Virus record (IMG/VR): IMGVR_UViG_3300031555_001743
From: a virus
Length of the DNA stretch: 47,977 nucleotides
Strand: one strand, 5' to 3'
In this document: in pieces, positions 1 through 6,827 of the stretch
How positions within the stretch are numbered: position 1 is the stretch's first letter
How the letters are laid out: every line of letters starts with the position of its first letter
Notes under the pieces: generated by a model
What the model was told of the DNA's origin: nothing
Seen by the model: only the letters and a program-made list of their open reading frames with translations
Databases searched by the model: none
Made by a program: the position numbers and the translations under genes

Positions 1-127
1 TGTGGCTTGTTAAATTTAACTTTCATACACTATCTCCGCTGACGGTCCTTTGCCTACTGTCTCGCAGCTGACTGTGCATATCATCGTTATGATCATTGCC
101 ATTGCAAATAATACCTTCTTCATCCTT
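1..127. repeat. Terminal direct repeat copy 1 (identical to 47851-47977); circular-assembly overlap
   Basis: All 127 left-end bases recur exactly at the right end. Gene 47655-47876 runs across the junction (its first 26 nt equal bases 26-1). Unique length is 47,850 bp. Confidence 0.9.
16..123 (-). CDS. small signal-peptide/lipoprotein-like protein (35 aa)
   Basis: Hand translation: MKKVLFAMAMIITMICTVSCETVGKGPSAEIVYES. GAAAGGA SD upstream. Its end overlaps the ATG of the HTH gene across the circular junction. Below the 60-aa track cutoff. Confidence 0.35.
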   Translation of the reverse strand: MKKVLFAMAMIITMICTVSCETVGKGPSAEIVYES

Positions 128-137
128 CATCATCCTT

Positions 138-293
138 TCAATTATGATAATGCAAGTCTCCGATATCTACGGACACATTGCTTTTCTCTACGTGTACTCC
201 CGGAATGTTATTCAACCCCTGACTGTGTGTTAAAAATGCCGTGCCTGCAAGTATCAGCAGGAATACAACTATTCCATTCGGTTTATTCTTCAT
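138..293 (-). CDS. small membrane protein (51 aa)
   Basis: Hand translation: MKNKPNGIVVFLLILAGTAFLTHSQGLNNIPGVHVEKSNVSVDIGDLHYHN. One hydrophobic helix, AAGGG SD, tightly packed with neighbours. Confidence 0.35.
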   Translation of the reverse strand: MKNKPNGIVVFLLILAGTAFLTHSQGLNNIPGVHVEKSNVSVDIGDLHYHN

Positions 294-296
294 CCC

Positions 297-437
297 TTAC
301 CCTTCTTTCTTTCCGCTTAACGCTATCAACCCGAATGCCACCATGCACAGGAAAGTTATATTACTATCAGCATTGAATTTGTTTCCTGCAACAATGATCA
401 GCACTATCCCGAGTATAGCAATTGAATATCTGTTCAT
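297..437 (-). CDS. small membrane protein (46 aa)
   Basis: Hand translation: MNRYSIAILGIVLIIVAGNKFNADSNITFLCMVAFGLIALSGKKEG. Two hydrophobic segments; weak AAGGG SD. Confidence 0.35.
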   Translation of the reverse strand: MNRYSIAILGIVLIIVAGNKFNADSNITFLCMVAFGLIALSGKKEG

Positions 438-501
438 ACTCTCACGCCCTTTAAAATGCTTTCTAAGCCATTCTGTTTCGGGTAGTATAGTTATATACCC
501 T

Positions 502-669
502 TTACTCGTTATCGCTGTTGTGGTGCAATTCTGCCTTTATCTGAGCGATTCTCTGTTTGATTAATGAATTCTCTGTTTCATCTGCTTCTTTAGCGGCTTT
601 TGCAAGTGAAAACATCATTACGATAGTCATAGCACCGCCGCCAAGAAGTACGCCTATAATAAACTCCAT
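502..669 (-). CDS. small membrane protein (55 aa)
   Basis: Hand translation: MEFIIGVLLGGGAMTIVMMFSLAKAAKEADETENSLIKQRIAQIKAELHHNSDNE. GGGAGGA SD 5 nt upstream; ATG abuts the TAA of the 670-849 ORF. Confidence 0.4.
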   Translation of the reverse strand: MEFIIGVLLGGGAMTIVMMFSLAKAAKEADETENSLIKQRIAQIKAELHHNSDNE

Positions 670-849
670 TTATATCCTCCCAACTGTAGAGCAGAGCTGT
701 TCATATAAAGCATCTGCGTTCATGTTATCCGTATAATCCGACCACTTTGCTTTGTAAATCAAGTCTCTTGACTTCTTTGCTAAATCTTCAAGCTGTGCTA
801 TGTAAGCTTTCAGCTCTGGTTCTGAGTATTCTTTGTTGTGTAGGTTCAT
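670..849 (-). CDS. hypothetical protein (59 aa)
   Basis: Hand translation: MNLHNKEYSEPELKAYIAQLEDLAKKSRDLIYKAKWSDYTDNMNADALYEQLCSTVGRI. The AGGAG SD lies in the last codons of gene 856-1497. Confidence 0.4.
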   Translation of the reverse strand: MNLHNKEYSEPELKAYIAQLEDLAKKSRDLIYKAKWSDYTDNMNADALYEQLCSTVGRI

Positions 850-855
850 TCAATA

Positions 856-1497
856 TCATCTCCTATCAGCTTTAAATGCTTTTCCTAATTCCCATTTATA
901 TTTGAATATTCTCGAATATAATGTACTATATGGGATTTCTTTGATTCTGCTCCATTCTGAAATAGTATGTGTTTCACCGTTATATGCTAATTTAATATTT
1001 CTTGTTGTGTTGTTTGCTTGCTCTATATTATTACTCCATCTGCAATTAGACGGCTCATAATTACCATTATTATCAATTCTGTCAATGCTGAGAGTATCGG
1101 AATATCCATTATTAATTACCCAATTCTTAAACGTTGCAAAATCGTTTTTCCATTCATCACATACAATTACGCCTTTTCCACCATAATTATTATATTCTCT
1201 GAATTTAATGGAATAACATCGTTTTTTCATTGAACTCCATATGCGATATAATCTTGTATATGAAGATCTGTGCGTTGAATTAGCTTCAATTGAACCTCTA
1301 AGCTGAGCACACCCACATGATTTACTATATCCACCTGTAAGATTATATCCGACAATCGAAACTGTCTTTCCACACTCACACTCGCATAACCACTTAGCAC
1401 AATGTTCACCCGAAGGCTTGATATAATCTTCTGTTTGTTCTATCACTTTTAAAATTCCAAATCTTTTTCCTCGCAAGTCTTTTTTTGCTTTTACCAT
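856..1497 (-). CDS. HNH-like / zinc-ribbon DNA-binding protein, paralog of 10412-10867
   Basis: 213-aa ORF. N-terminal WLCECECG...SCGC cluster, then a YxxWxxMxxRC ... VCDEW ... DRIDNNGNYEPSNCRW ... YNGETHTISEWS block shared with the 10412 ORF. The degenerate-HNH assignment is from memory. Confidence 0.5.
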   Translation of the reverse strand: MVKAKKDLRGKRFGILKVIEQTEDYIKPSGEHCAKWLCECECGKTVSIVGYNLTGGYSKSCGCAQLRGSIEANSTHRSSYTRLYRIWSSMKKRCYSIKFREYNNYGGKGVIVCDEWKNDFATFKNWVINNGYSDTLSIDRIDNNGNYEPSNCRWSNNIEQANNTTRNIKLAYNGETHTISEWSRIKEIPYSTLYSRIFKYKWELGKAFKADRR

Positions 1498-1501
1498 ATT
1501 A

Positions 1502-1855
1502 TCATCCCTTTTCCAACAGTTTTAAGGCTTCGGCTTCGTGTTTCCAATGACAGTGATTATCATAAATGCAACAACATTCATCACAGTGTGCTTCGTAACA
1601 ATCAACATAGGAATTTATATCCTTAACCGCAGCTTTCAGAAGTCTCTTTGCTTCTTTAAGTTCCGTCAGCCATTCTGCAAGCTGCTCGTGATACTCTGCT
1701 CTTGTTTCAGCATCTCTCGCAAGTCCTTCGCAGTCTGCATAACTTAAAGGATTTGTTTCATCATTTTCATCTCTTTCGGCTGCCCAAAAATTCTGCTCTT
1801 TCCTATTGTCTTTTGCCCAGTCTGTAAATTCTTTTATAGTTTCATCAAGAGTCAT
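1502..1855 (-). CDS. hypothetical protein (117 aa), Cys/His-rich C-terminus
   Basis: The track ORF is 1502-1903. I prefer the ATG at 1855 (MTLDETIKEF) behind a CAGGAGGA SD. C-terminal CYEAHCDECCCIYDNHCHW. Confidence 0.6.
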   Translation of the reverse strand: MTLDETIKEFTDWAKDNRKEQNFWAAERDENDETNPLSYADCEGLARDAETRAEYHEQLAEWLTELKEAKRLLKAAVKDINSYVDCYEAHCDECCCIYDNHCHWKHEAEALKLLEKG

Positions 1856-1982
1856 TTTCAAAATCCTCCTGTTCATCATCAAGGTCTTGACAGTGACCGC
1901 CACAAATCTCTATGGTATCTAATCCGCATCTGCCGTTTTCATAGTACTTGCAGAAATCATAATCGCATATTACTTCTGTCAT
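1845..1982 (-). CDS. small Cys-rich protein (45 aa)
   Basis: Hand translation: MTEVICDYDFCKYYENGRCGLDTIEICGGHCQDLDDEQEDFENDS. ATGA overlap with the stop of 1979-2227; fills an otherwise empty gap. Confidence 0.35.
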   Translation of the reverse strand: MTEVICDYDFCKYYENGRCGLDTIEICGGHCQDLDDEQEDFENDS

Positions 1983-2227
1983 TCTTCATCGTCCTCCTCG
2001 CACCAGCCGTATAATTTAGCTTTTTCTATCAACTCTGCTTTTCGCTTCTGTCTCTGCTTATCTGTTTCAATACCGCACAGAATGCCAGAAATGCCGGTAG
2101 CCAATGGAATTGAAAGCAAACCTATTCTCTCGGTGTCATGTCGAGCTAAAAGAATTATAGTTCCTGTAACAGCAAGCAGAATATTAATAATGCCTAATGT
2201 TAATTCGCATTTATTTGTAATTCTCAT
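1979..2227 (-). CDS. small membrane protein (82 aa)
   Basis: Two hydrophobic helices (LTLGIINILLAVTGTIILLA; LLSIPLATGISGILCGI) and a charged C-terminus. Confidence 0.6.
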   Translation of the reverse strand: MRITNKCELTLGIINILLAVTGTIILLARHDTERIGLLSIPLATGISGILCGIETDKQRQKRKAELIEKAKLYGWCEEDDEE

Positions 2228-2403
2228 TCCGCATCACCGTCCTTTTTTGTTATTGTTCTAAGCAATATCAATGCACTATGAACAGCTTCTGAACATTCAG
2301 CGCACATATTTGCCCTAAATAGTTCTGATTGGAAACGTGTTTTATCATTTACTGTTAATACGGTTTCTCCGCACTCTTTACCGCAGAAATAGCATTTATT
2401 CAT
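2224..2403 (-). CDS. zinc-ribbon protein (59 aa)
   Basis: CYFCGKEC ... CAEC pairs. Start chosen at ATG 2403, overlapping the stop of 2396-2758. The longer track ORF (to 2544) would overlap that gene out of frame. Confidence 0.5.
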   Translation of the reverse strand: MNKCYFCGKECGETVLTVNDKTRFQSELFRANMCAECSEAVHSALILLRTITKKDGDAE

Positions 2404-2758
2404 TTGCATCACCGTCCTCAACCTCTGCACCACATTCAATGCAGTAATTTCCACCATATCTTTGGCCGATAAATCCCAAGTGTATATGTAACTGACAGTT
2501 TGTGCAGAAGAAAGTGTCGGTATAACCTCGACAATCAGGTTCAAGTGGTATCATTCTGCAATATCTCTTTTCCTGTGGATCCATGACATACCTCTGCTGA
2601 TTGTATATCGTGTCTTTTGCCTTAAACAAAGTTCTTACCATTGTACCTGTCGCAGCTTCATTAATCAGGTTGTCTATCGCAACGATTGTGGTATCAAGTC
2701 TTATATATTCATCATCCATTTGTATCACCTCACTCATACTCCTTTTATTGCTTTCCAT
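2396..2758 (-). CDS. zinc-ribbon protein (120 aa)
   Basis: FFCTNCQLH ... YCIECGAE Cys pairs; in series with neighbouring small genes. Confidence 0.6.
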   Translation of the reverse strand: MESNKRSMSEVIQMDDEYIRLDTTIVAIDNLINEAATGTMVRTLFKAKDTIYNQQRYVMDPQEKRYCRMIPLEPDCRGYTDTFFCTNCQLHIHLGFIGQRYGGNYCIECGAEVEDGDANE

Positions 2759-2781
2759 CGTTCGCTCAATACCTTCCCTCC

Positions 2782-3117
2782 CTATTCATAAAATGAGTCC
2801 ATATCATCCGTTCTGAACCGCTTCATTATCTGACTTCTCAGCATTGCATTTTCTCTCTTCAATCTCTCATTATCCTGTTTCAACGTGCAGGCTGTTTCCA
2901 TGCCTGCGTTAAATCCCTTTGTGTATCCTTCTCGGAAGGACTGTTCAACCGTATCATCAACTTTGAACTCCGTCTGCGGTTCTGCTATCGGTATAGGCTT
3001 ACAGGCTTCAAACATTGTTGATTCTGTTGCGCCGCAGTTAGGGCAAATCAAAGCTCCTTCTGGTATCTCAGCACCGCATATTATACATAGATTTTCTGGA
3101 TATTTTATAATCATCAT
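2782..3117 (-). CDS. zinc-ribbon protein (111 aa)
   Basis: CIICGAEIPEGALICPNCG. Start set at ATG 3117 behind a GAGGAGG SD, with an ATGA overlap with the upstream stop. Confidence 0.6.
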   Translation of the reverse strand: MMIIKYPENLCIICGAEIPEGALICPNCGATESTMFEACKPIPIAEPQTEFKVDDTVEQSFREGYTKGFNAGMETACTLKQDNERLKRENAMLRSQIMKRFRTDDMDSFYE

Positions 3118-3317
3118 TCTTCCTCCTCGTTGAGCCAACGCTGAATACATTCTTCGCAGGTATCAAGCATACACACCTTTTCATCTGGACAATGGTAATC
3201 CTTGCCTGTCAAAGCTTCGATAACGCATAGATAAGGCTGTGATGCAATTGCAGCCTGTATCTGCACAAGCATATCACATTCATTCCTCTGCAAGATATAT
3301 CTGTCTCGATTTTTCAT
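3114..3317 (-). CDS. hypothetical protein (67 aa), Cys-rich
   Basis: AGGAGAAG SD 5 nt before the ATG; CPDEKVCMLDTCEEC motif. Confidence 0.55.
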   Translation of the reverse strand: MKNRDRYILQRNECDMLVQIQAAIASQPYLCVIEALTGKDYHCPDEKVCMLDTCEECIQRWLNEEEE

Positions 3318-3594
3318 CCCACTTCTCCTGCTTGATACGCTGCAGCTGACGTTTCAGCTTTTTGTTCATGATCTTGTCAATCTCATCCTCACCGAGAAGA
3401 TATCTAAGCTGTGAAGCAACCACAAGTATATCTGCCACTTCTTCCTTGATATTCTTGTATGCTTCGGACTTGCCCCTTCTCAGCTTATTCAATGCCACCA
3501 TGTACTCAGCCGCTTCTTCAATCAGCATATCAGCCTGACTTGAAAAGCCGTAGTAATCAGCTATTTTCTTTATACGTTCATCCATCTGTTTCAC
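3280..3594 (-). CDS. MazG-like nucleotide pyrophosphohydrolase
   Basis: About 100 aa and all-helical, with paired acidic motifs LIEEAAEYMVA and EEVADILVVASQL typical of MazG/NTP-PPase. Confidence 0.6.
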   Translation of the reverse strand: MKQMDERIKKIADYYGFSSQADMLIEEAAEYMVALNKLRRGKSEAYKNIKEEVADILVVASQLRYLLGEDEIDKIMNKKLKRQLQRIKQEKWDEKSRQIYLAEE

Positions 3595-3932
3595 CGCCTT
3601 ATTTTATATCGCTTGCAGTATTCGTCAAGCGTTTCCATCTTGACGTTGATTCTGTCAAAGTCAAGGTCATACTTCTTAGCGTATTCTGCCATCATTTCAT
3701 TTGAACACATCTGCTGTCCGAATATCTCAGGCATTTCCAGAACCATGAGAACATCATTGAACCACTGCTGTATATACCGCTTTGTGTATCTGCGCTTTTC
3801 ACATACTGCTATCATAGCGGTTATAGCCTGTTTCATCATGTCGTTCATCACAGCTTCATACAGCTGATACTGGAATAGTGCGTTCTGTAATTCCTGCTCT
3901 TTTCGGAAGTCTTTAAGTCCTCGGCTTTTCAT
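3591..3932 (-). CDS. hypothetical protein (113 aa)
   Basis: ORF in series on the coding strand; stop/start overlaps with neighbours. Confidence 0.6.
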   Translation of the reverse strand: MKSRGLKDFRKEQELQNALFQYQLYEAVMNDMMKQAITAMIAVCEKRRYTKRYIQQWFNDVLMVLEMPEIFGQQMCSNEMMAEYAKKYDLDFDRINVKMETLDEYCKRYKIRR

Positions 3933-4293
3933 ACAGCTTACTCCTCATATACTTGTCAAATTCCGATGCATCCGCAGTAATCATGTATACGTCATTGCCT
4001 GTCTCGTCAACATGAGATAAAGACATGGTAACGCCTTTTGACGTTGTTCTTGCTATGCCTTTTGTGTACCTGATAAGTGTCTGGTTGTCTTTATCCTCTT
4101 TCATGGTTGTTGTTCCGATAACTGCGTATTCGCTTATCAGTTCCTTTACCTTGTCGATACTCGTTGTGACTGTATATCCCGATGCTCTGAATTCAACTGT
4201 CTGCTTTGTGGTATCAACTTCAATCGTTGCGACTGTCGGATTCATGCCCTGCCTGTCCGTCACAAATCCCCTTGTTCTGAATATCTTGCTCAT
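3913..4293 (-). CDS. hypothetical protein (126 aa)
   Basis: ORF in series on the coding strand. Confidence 0.6.
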   Translation of the reverse strand: MSKIFRTRGFVTDRQGMNPTVATIEVDTTKQTVEFRASGYTVTTSIDKVKELISEYAVIGTTTMKEDKDNQTLIRYTKGIARTTSKGVTMSLSHVDETGNDVYMITADASEFDKYMRSKLYEKPRT

Positions 4294-4295
4294 GA

Positions 4296-4388
4296 TTACT
4301 TCTCCTCAAACTTCCTGTCTGAATTTGTGAACGCTATCGCCGTGCAGATAACTCCGCAGACGAAGCCTATCAGTGTATATCCTAACAT
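4296..4388 (-). CDS. micro membrane protein (30 aa)
   Basis: Hand translation: MLGYTLIGFVCGVICTAIAFTNSDRKFEEK. AAGGAG SD 7 nt upstream; stop lies 2 nt before the next ATG. Confidence 0.35.
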   Translation of the reverse strand: MLGYTLIGFVCGVICTAIAFTNSDRKFEEK

Positions 4389-4400
4389 AGTATCACTCCT

Positions 4401-4733
4401 TTAGTATCTCGCCCACAGCTCGACACCGCAGGCCCTTGCTAATTTCTCAGCATTCTTTGTAAACGTGCTGTTTGTCGCAACTGCCGCTCTTGTAGCGTGA
4501 TAGTATCGCTTTGCAGCGTATATCTCCTGTACTGCTTGTACTCCGACTTTGCCCTTATAATTTTTACACTGGACAACGATTCTGCCGAAGGGGAAACACA
4601 TAGCTGATACGTCACATCCATAGTCTGAGGACTGTCCCCGAACCCTTATCATGAAGAATCCGTGAAACCTCATCTTCCATGCAACGTGATGTTCGTATTT
4701 ATCACCCTTGCGTTTTGTATTCTTCTTTCTCAT
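4401..4733 (-). CDS. Mrr-cat (restriction-endonuclease fold) domain protein, 110 aa
   Basis: GDKYEHHVAW ... SSDYGCDVSA ... VVQCKNYKGKVGVQAVQEIYAAK ... ATNSTFTKNA follows the D...(Q/E)xK order of the Mrr N-terminal catalytic domain (recalled, not searched). Confidence 0.55.
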   Translation of the reverse strand: MRKKNTKRKGDKYEHHVAWKMRFHGFFMIRVRGQSSDYGCDVSAMCFPFGRIVVQCKNYKGKVGVQAVQEIYAAKRYYHATRAAVATNSTFTKNAEKLARACGVELWARY

Positions 4734-4918
4734 TTTTCCAGTGCCTTTATGTCATTGATGAGCTTGCGGATAATAGCCGCTTCTTCATCGTATTTCTTCA
4801 ACTTCTGGTTCTCGCTGAGTGTAAGTATCTCTGCTATGTTCATGCCCTTCTTGCTTTCGATTGATACCTCACTGATTCCAAGTGCAAGCGCAACAGCTGC
4901 CGTATTATATACTTTCAT
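4730..4918 (-). CDS. hypothetical protein (62 aa)
   Basis: ORF in series; a possible short HTH (AVALALGISEVSIES). Confidence 0.5.
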   Translation of the reverse strand: MKVYNTAAVALALGISEVSIESKKGMNIAEILTLSENQKLKKYDEEAAIIRKLINDIKALEK

Positions 4919-5240
4919 AATCTATACCTCTTTTCTGATCATCAAGCTTTCTTTCAAGCTCTGCTATGTATTCCTTTTGTATCTGGATATCCCTGCGGTA
5001 AACGTCTAAGAACGACCGCATTTCTTTCATGGATTTCCTGCGATTCTGTTTGAATTTATCCTGCCGATACACTCCGTTCTCCTTTTCTACTCTCGCCGCA
5101 CAGTCAGGACAGTATTTCTGACGTATCAGTTTGTAAAAGGATTCTGAGTATTCATCCCCGAGCCGCTTTCCGCAGATGCAACAATGTGCTGTTAGCACTC
5201 CGTCAACACGGCTCAATGCAGGATTCTTGTATCTTGCCAT
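4905..5240 (-). CDS. zinc-ribbon protein (111 aa)
   Basis: CCICGKRL ... CPDCAARV. Start set at ATG 5240 (MARYKNPAL) behind an AAGGGGAGTG SD. Confidence 0.6.
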   Translation of the reverse strand: MARYKNPALSRVDGVLTAHCCICGKRLGDEYSESFYKLIRQKYCPDCAARVEKENGVYRQDKFKQNRRKSMKEMRSFLDVYRRDIQIQKEYIAELERKLDDQKRGIDYESI

Positions 5241-5329
5241 CCGTTCACTCCCCTTCTTAACTCTCATTCTTTCCGTTTCGTTTCCGTTATTAACACATCG
5301 TTAGCAGATTTTAAAAAAATAATAGGGGA

Positions 5330-5701
5330 TTAGTTGTCCCTGAAAGGTATCCTGAACCGAAAGCTTGCTTTTCCAAGTTCCTTGTAAAGCCTTTCTTTCT
5401 CCCCTTCACATAACAGCTTTAACATTCTTGAATTCGGCTTGACTGGTATCTTCACTTCCCGATTTTCACCGCCTGCGAATGCACTGTACTGCATATACAC
5501 ATATATCTCCAAATCAGGATTTGATTCAACCATTTTCACCATTGTTTCAAAGTCCGAAACGCTGTCATATGACTTTCTCAGTTCTTCCATTCTCAGCATT
5601 GTATCATGCTGCCTTGCATAGTTAAGTCTGCGCCATGAGAAGCCTTTGCATCCCTTGTAAAAAATGAATACACTTCCTGCGCTCAGACAGAACCAAATCA
5701 A
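5330..5701 (-). CDS. hypothetical protein (up to 123 aa), start uncertain
   Basis: The track start is a TTG without an SD. Hydrophobic N-terminus. An internal ATG (MLRMEELRK) is an alternative start. Confidence 0.45.
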   Translation of the reverse strand: MIWFCLSAGSVFIFYKGCKGFSWRRLNYARQHDTMLRMEELRKSYDSVSDFETMVKMVESNPDLEIYVYMQYSAFAGGENREVKIPVKPNSRMLKLLCEGEKERLYKELGKASFRFRIPFRDN

Positions 5702-5904
5702 GTCCGTGAATGTTATCCCATAGTCTCACCACCAATAGAAAAAGCCGTGTCATGTACTGAGTGACGGTCAAATACATGAACGGCTCTGCCGATGTTATCT
5801 GTGCTTTCCGATGCTGAATCCGTCACACTCAAACATCGGCTTTTCTATACTTCAATTATATCATTTTCAGCCGTAAATTTATATTCGTAAAATAGCAAAA
5901 CAGG

Positions 5905-5946
5905 GTCTAAGATGTTAGACTGCATTTAGCTATATTTCGTTATTGT
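5905..5946. promoter_or_regulatory. Second copy of attP-flanking motifs: GTCTAA-N4-TTAGAC palindrome plus a 23-mer
   Basis: GTCTAAGATGTTAGAC (5905-5920) resembles GTCTAATATATTAGAC at 20523-20538. ATTTAGCTATATTTCGTTATTGT (5924-5946) matches 20408-20430 at 21 of 23 positions. Confidence 0.5.
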
Positions 5947-6827
5947 CACCATAAGGATAATTGTTCATTTGCTGTTACTGCTCTTGCATTCTTTTCAGCC
6001 TGTTTATAATAGCTGTCTTTAAGTTCAACACCTACTGCTCTGCGACCGTTCTCAAGTGCTGTTACAACCTCAGAACCGATACCCATGAAGGGAGTTAACA
6101 CAACATCATCTGGATTCGTCCAAAGATTCAAAGCTCTGCGTATAACTGTCAGCTGCAAAGGACATATATGCTTTTCGTCTTCATTGTCTCTCGCACTTCT
6201 GTATTGCAGAGTATCGGAAGGGTTGATATCTGTCCATATAGGACTTGCATATCTCTGCCATATATCAACAGGGAACGTTTCGTTTGTATGTGTTATCGGC
6301 TCTGGATTATCTCCGGGCTTACGCATTACAACTAAGTAATCAGGAATACCCTGTCTGCACATCGCACTGTCCTTTTTTATCTGCTTGTGCAACAGTCCGA
6401 GTGCCTTTGTTCGCTGCATTGCTATAACAGGGTCTTTCCAAATGCAAACTTCTGAATGATAAATGAATCCTGCCTGCTGATACATCCTTATCAAATCACC
6501 TCTGAAATCGTCTATGCCAATGAATCCGTCACGGCTCTTTGATGTTGGAAGATTCATGCAGTGTACAGCCATCAATCTTCCGGGCATAAGCACTCGATAC
6601 AGTTCCTTTACTATGAACTCAAAGTGCTCATAGAATTCATGTTTATCCTTGCTGTTTCCTAAGTCTCTCTCACTGTTGCTGTATGTGTACAGACTTGCAA
6701 ATGGTGGAGAATAAATCTCAAAATGTACACTATCAGAAGGGATCTCTGTCAACACTTCGCAGCTATCACCGTGATACAATGCCATTCTCTCATCAACATA
6801 CTGATTTTTTACTTTCATCACTTTCAC
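5946..6827 (-). CDS. DNA methyltransferase, N4/N6 (PF01555-like, beta-class order)
   Basis: IYSPPFASLY (S-P-P-F catalytic motif IV) precedes TPFMGIGSEVVTALENGRRAVGVELKDSYY (SAM-binding motif I). Confidence 0.8.
   Translation of the reverse strand: MKVMKVKNQYVDERMALYHGDSCEVLTEIPSDSVHFEIYSPPFASLYTYSNSERDLGNSKDKHEFYEHFEFIVKELYRVLMPGRLMAVHCMNLPTSKSRDGFIGIDDFRGDLIRMYQQAGFIYHSEVCIWKDPVIAMQRTKALGLLHKQIKKDSAMCRQGIPDYLVVMRKPGDNPEPITHTNETFPVDIWQRYASPIWTDINPSDTLQYRSARDNEDEKHICPLQLTVIRRALNLWTNPDDVVLTPFMGIGSEVVTALENGRRAVGVELKDSYYKQAEKNARAVTANEQLSLW

Noticed and set aside
50-1060. Plus-strand track ORFs 50-376, 241-564 and 833-1060
   Set aside because: They are antisense to a tightly packed series of minus-strand micro-ORFs and gene 856-1497. 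They have no SD sequences and give low-complexity hydrophobic translations typical of antisense frames.
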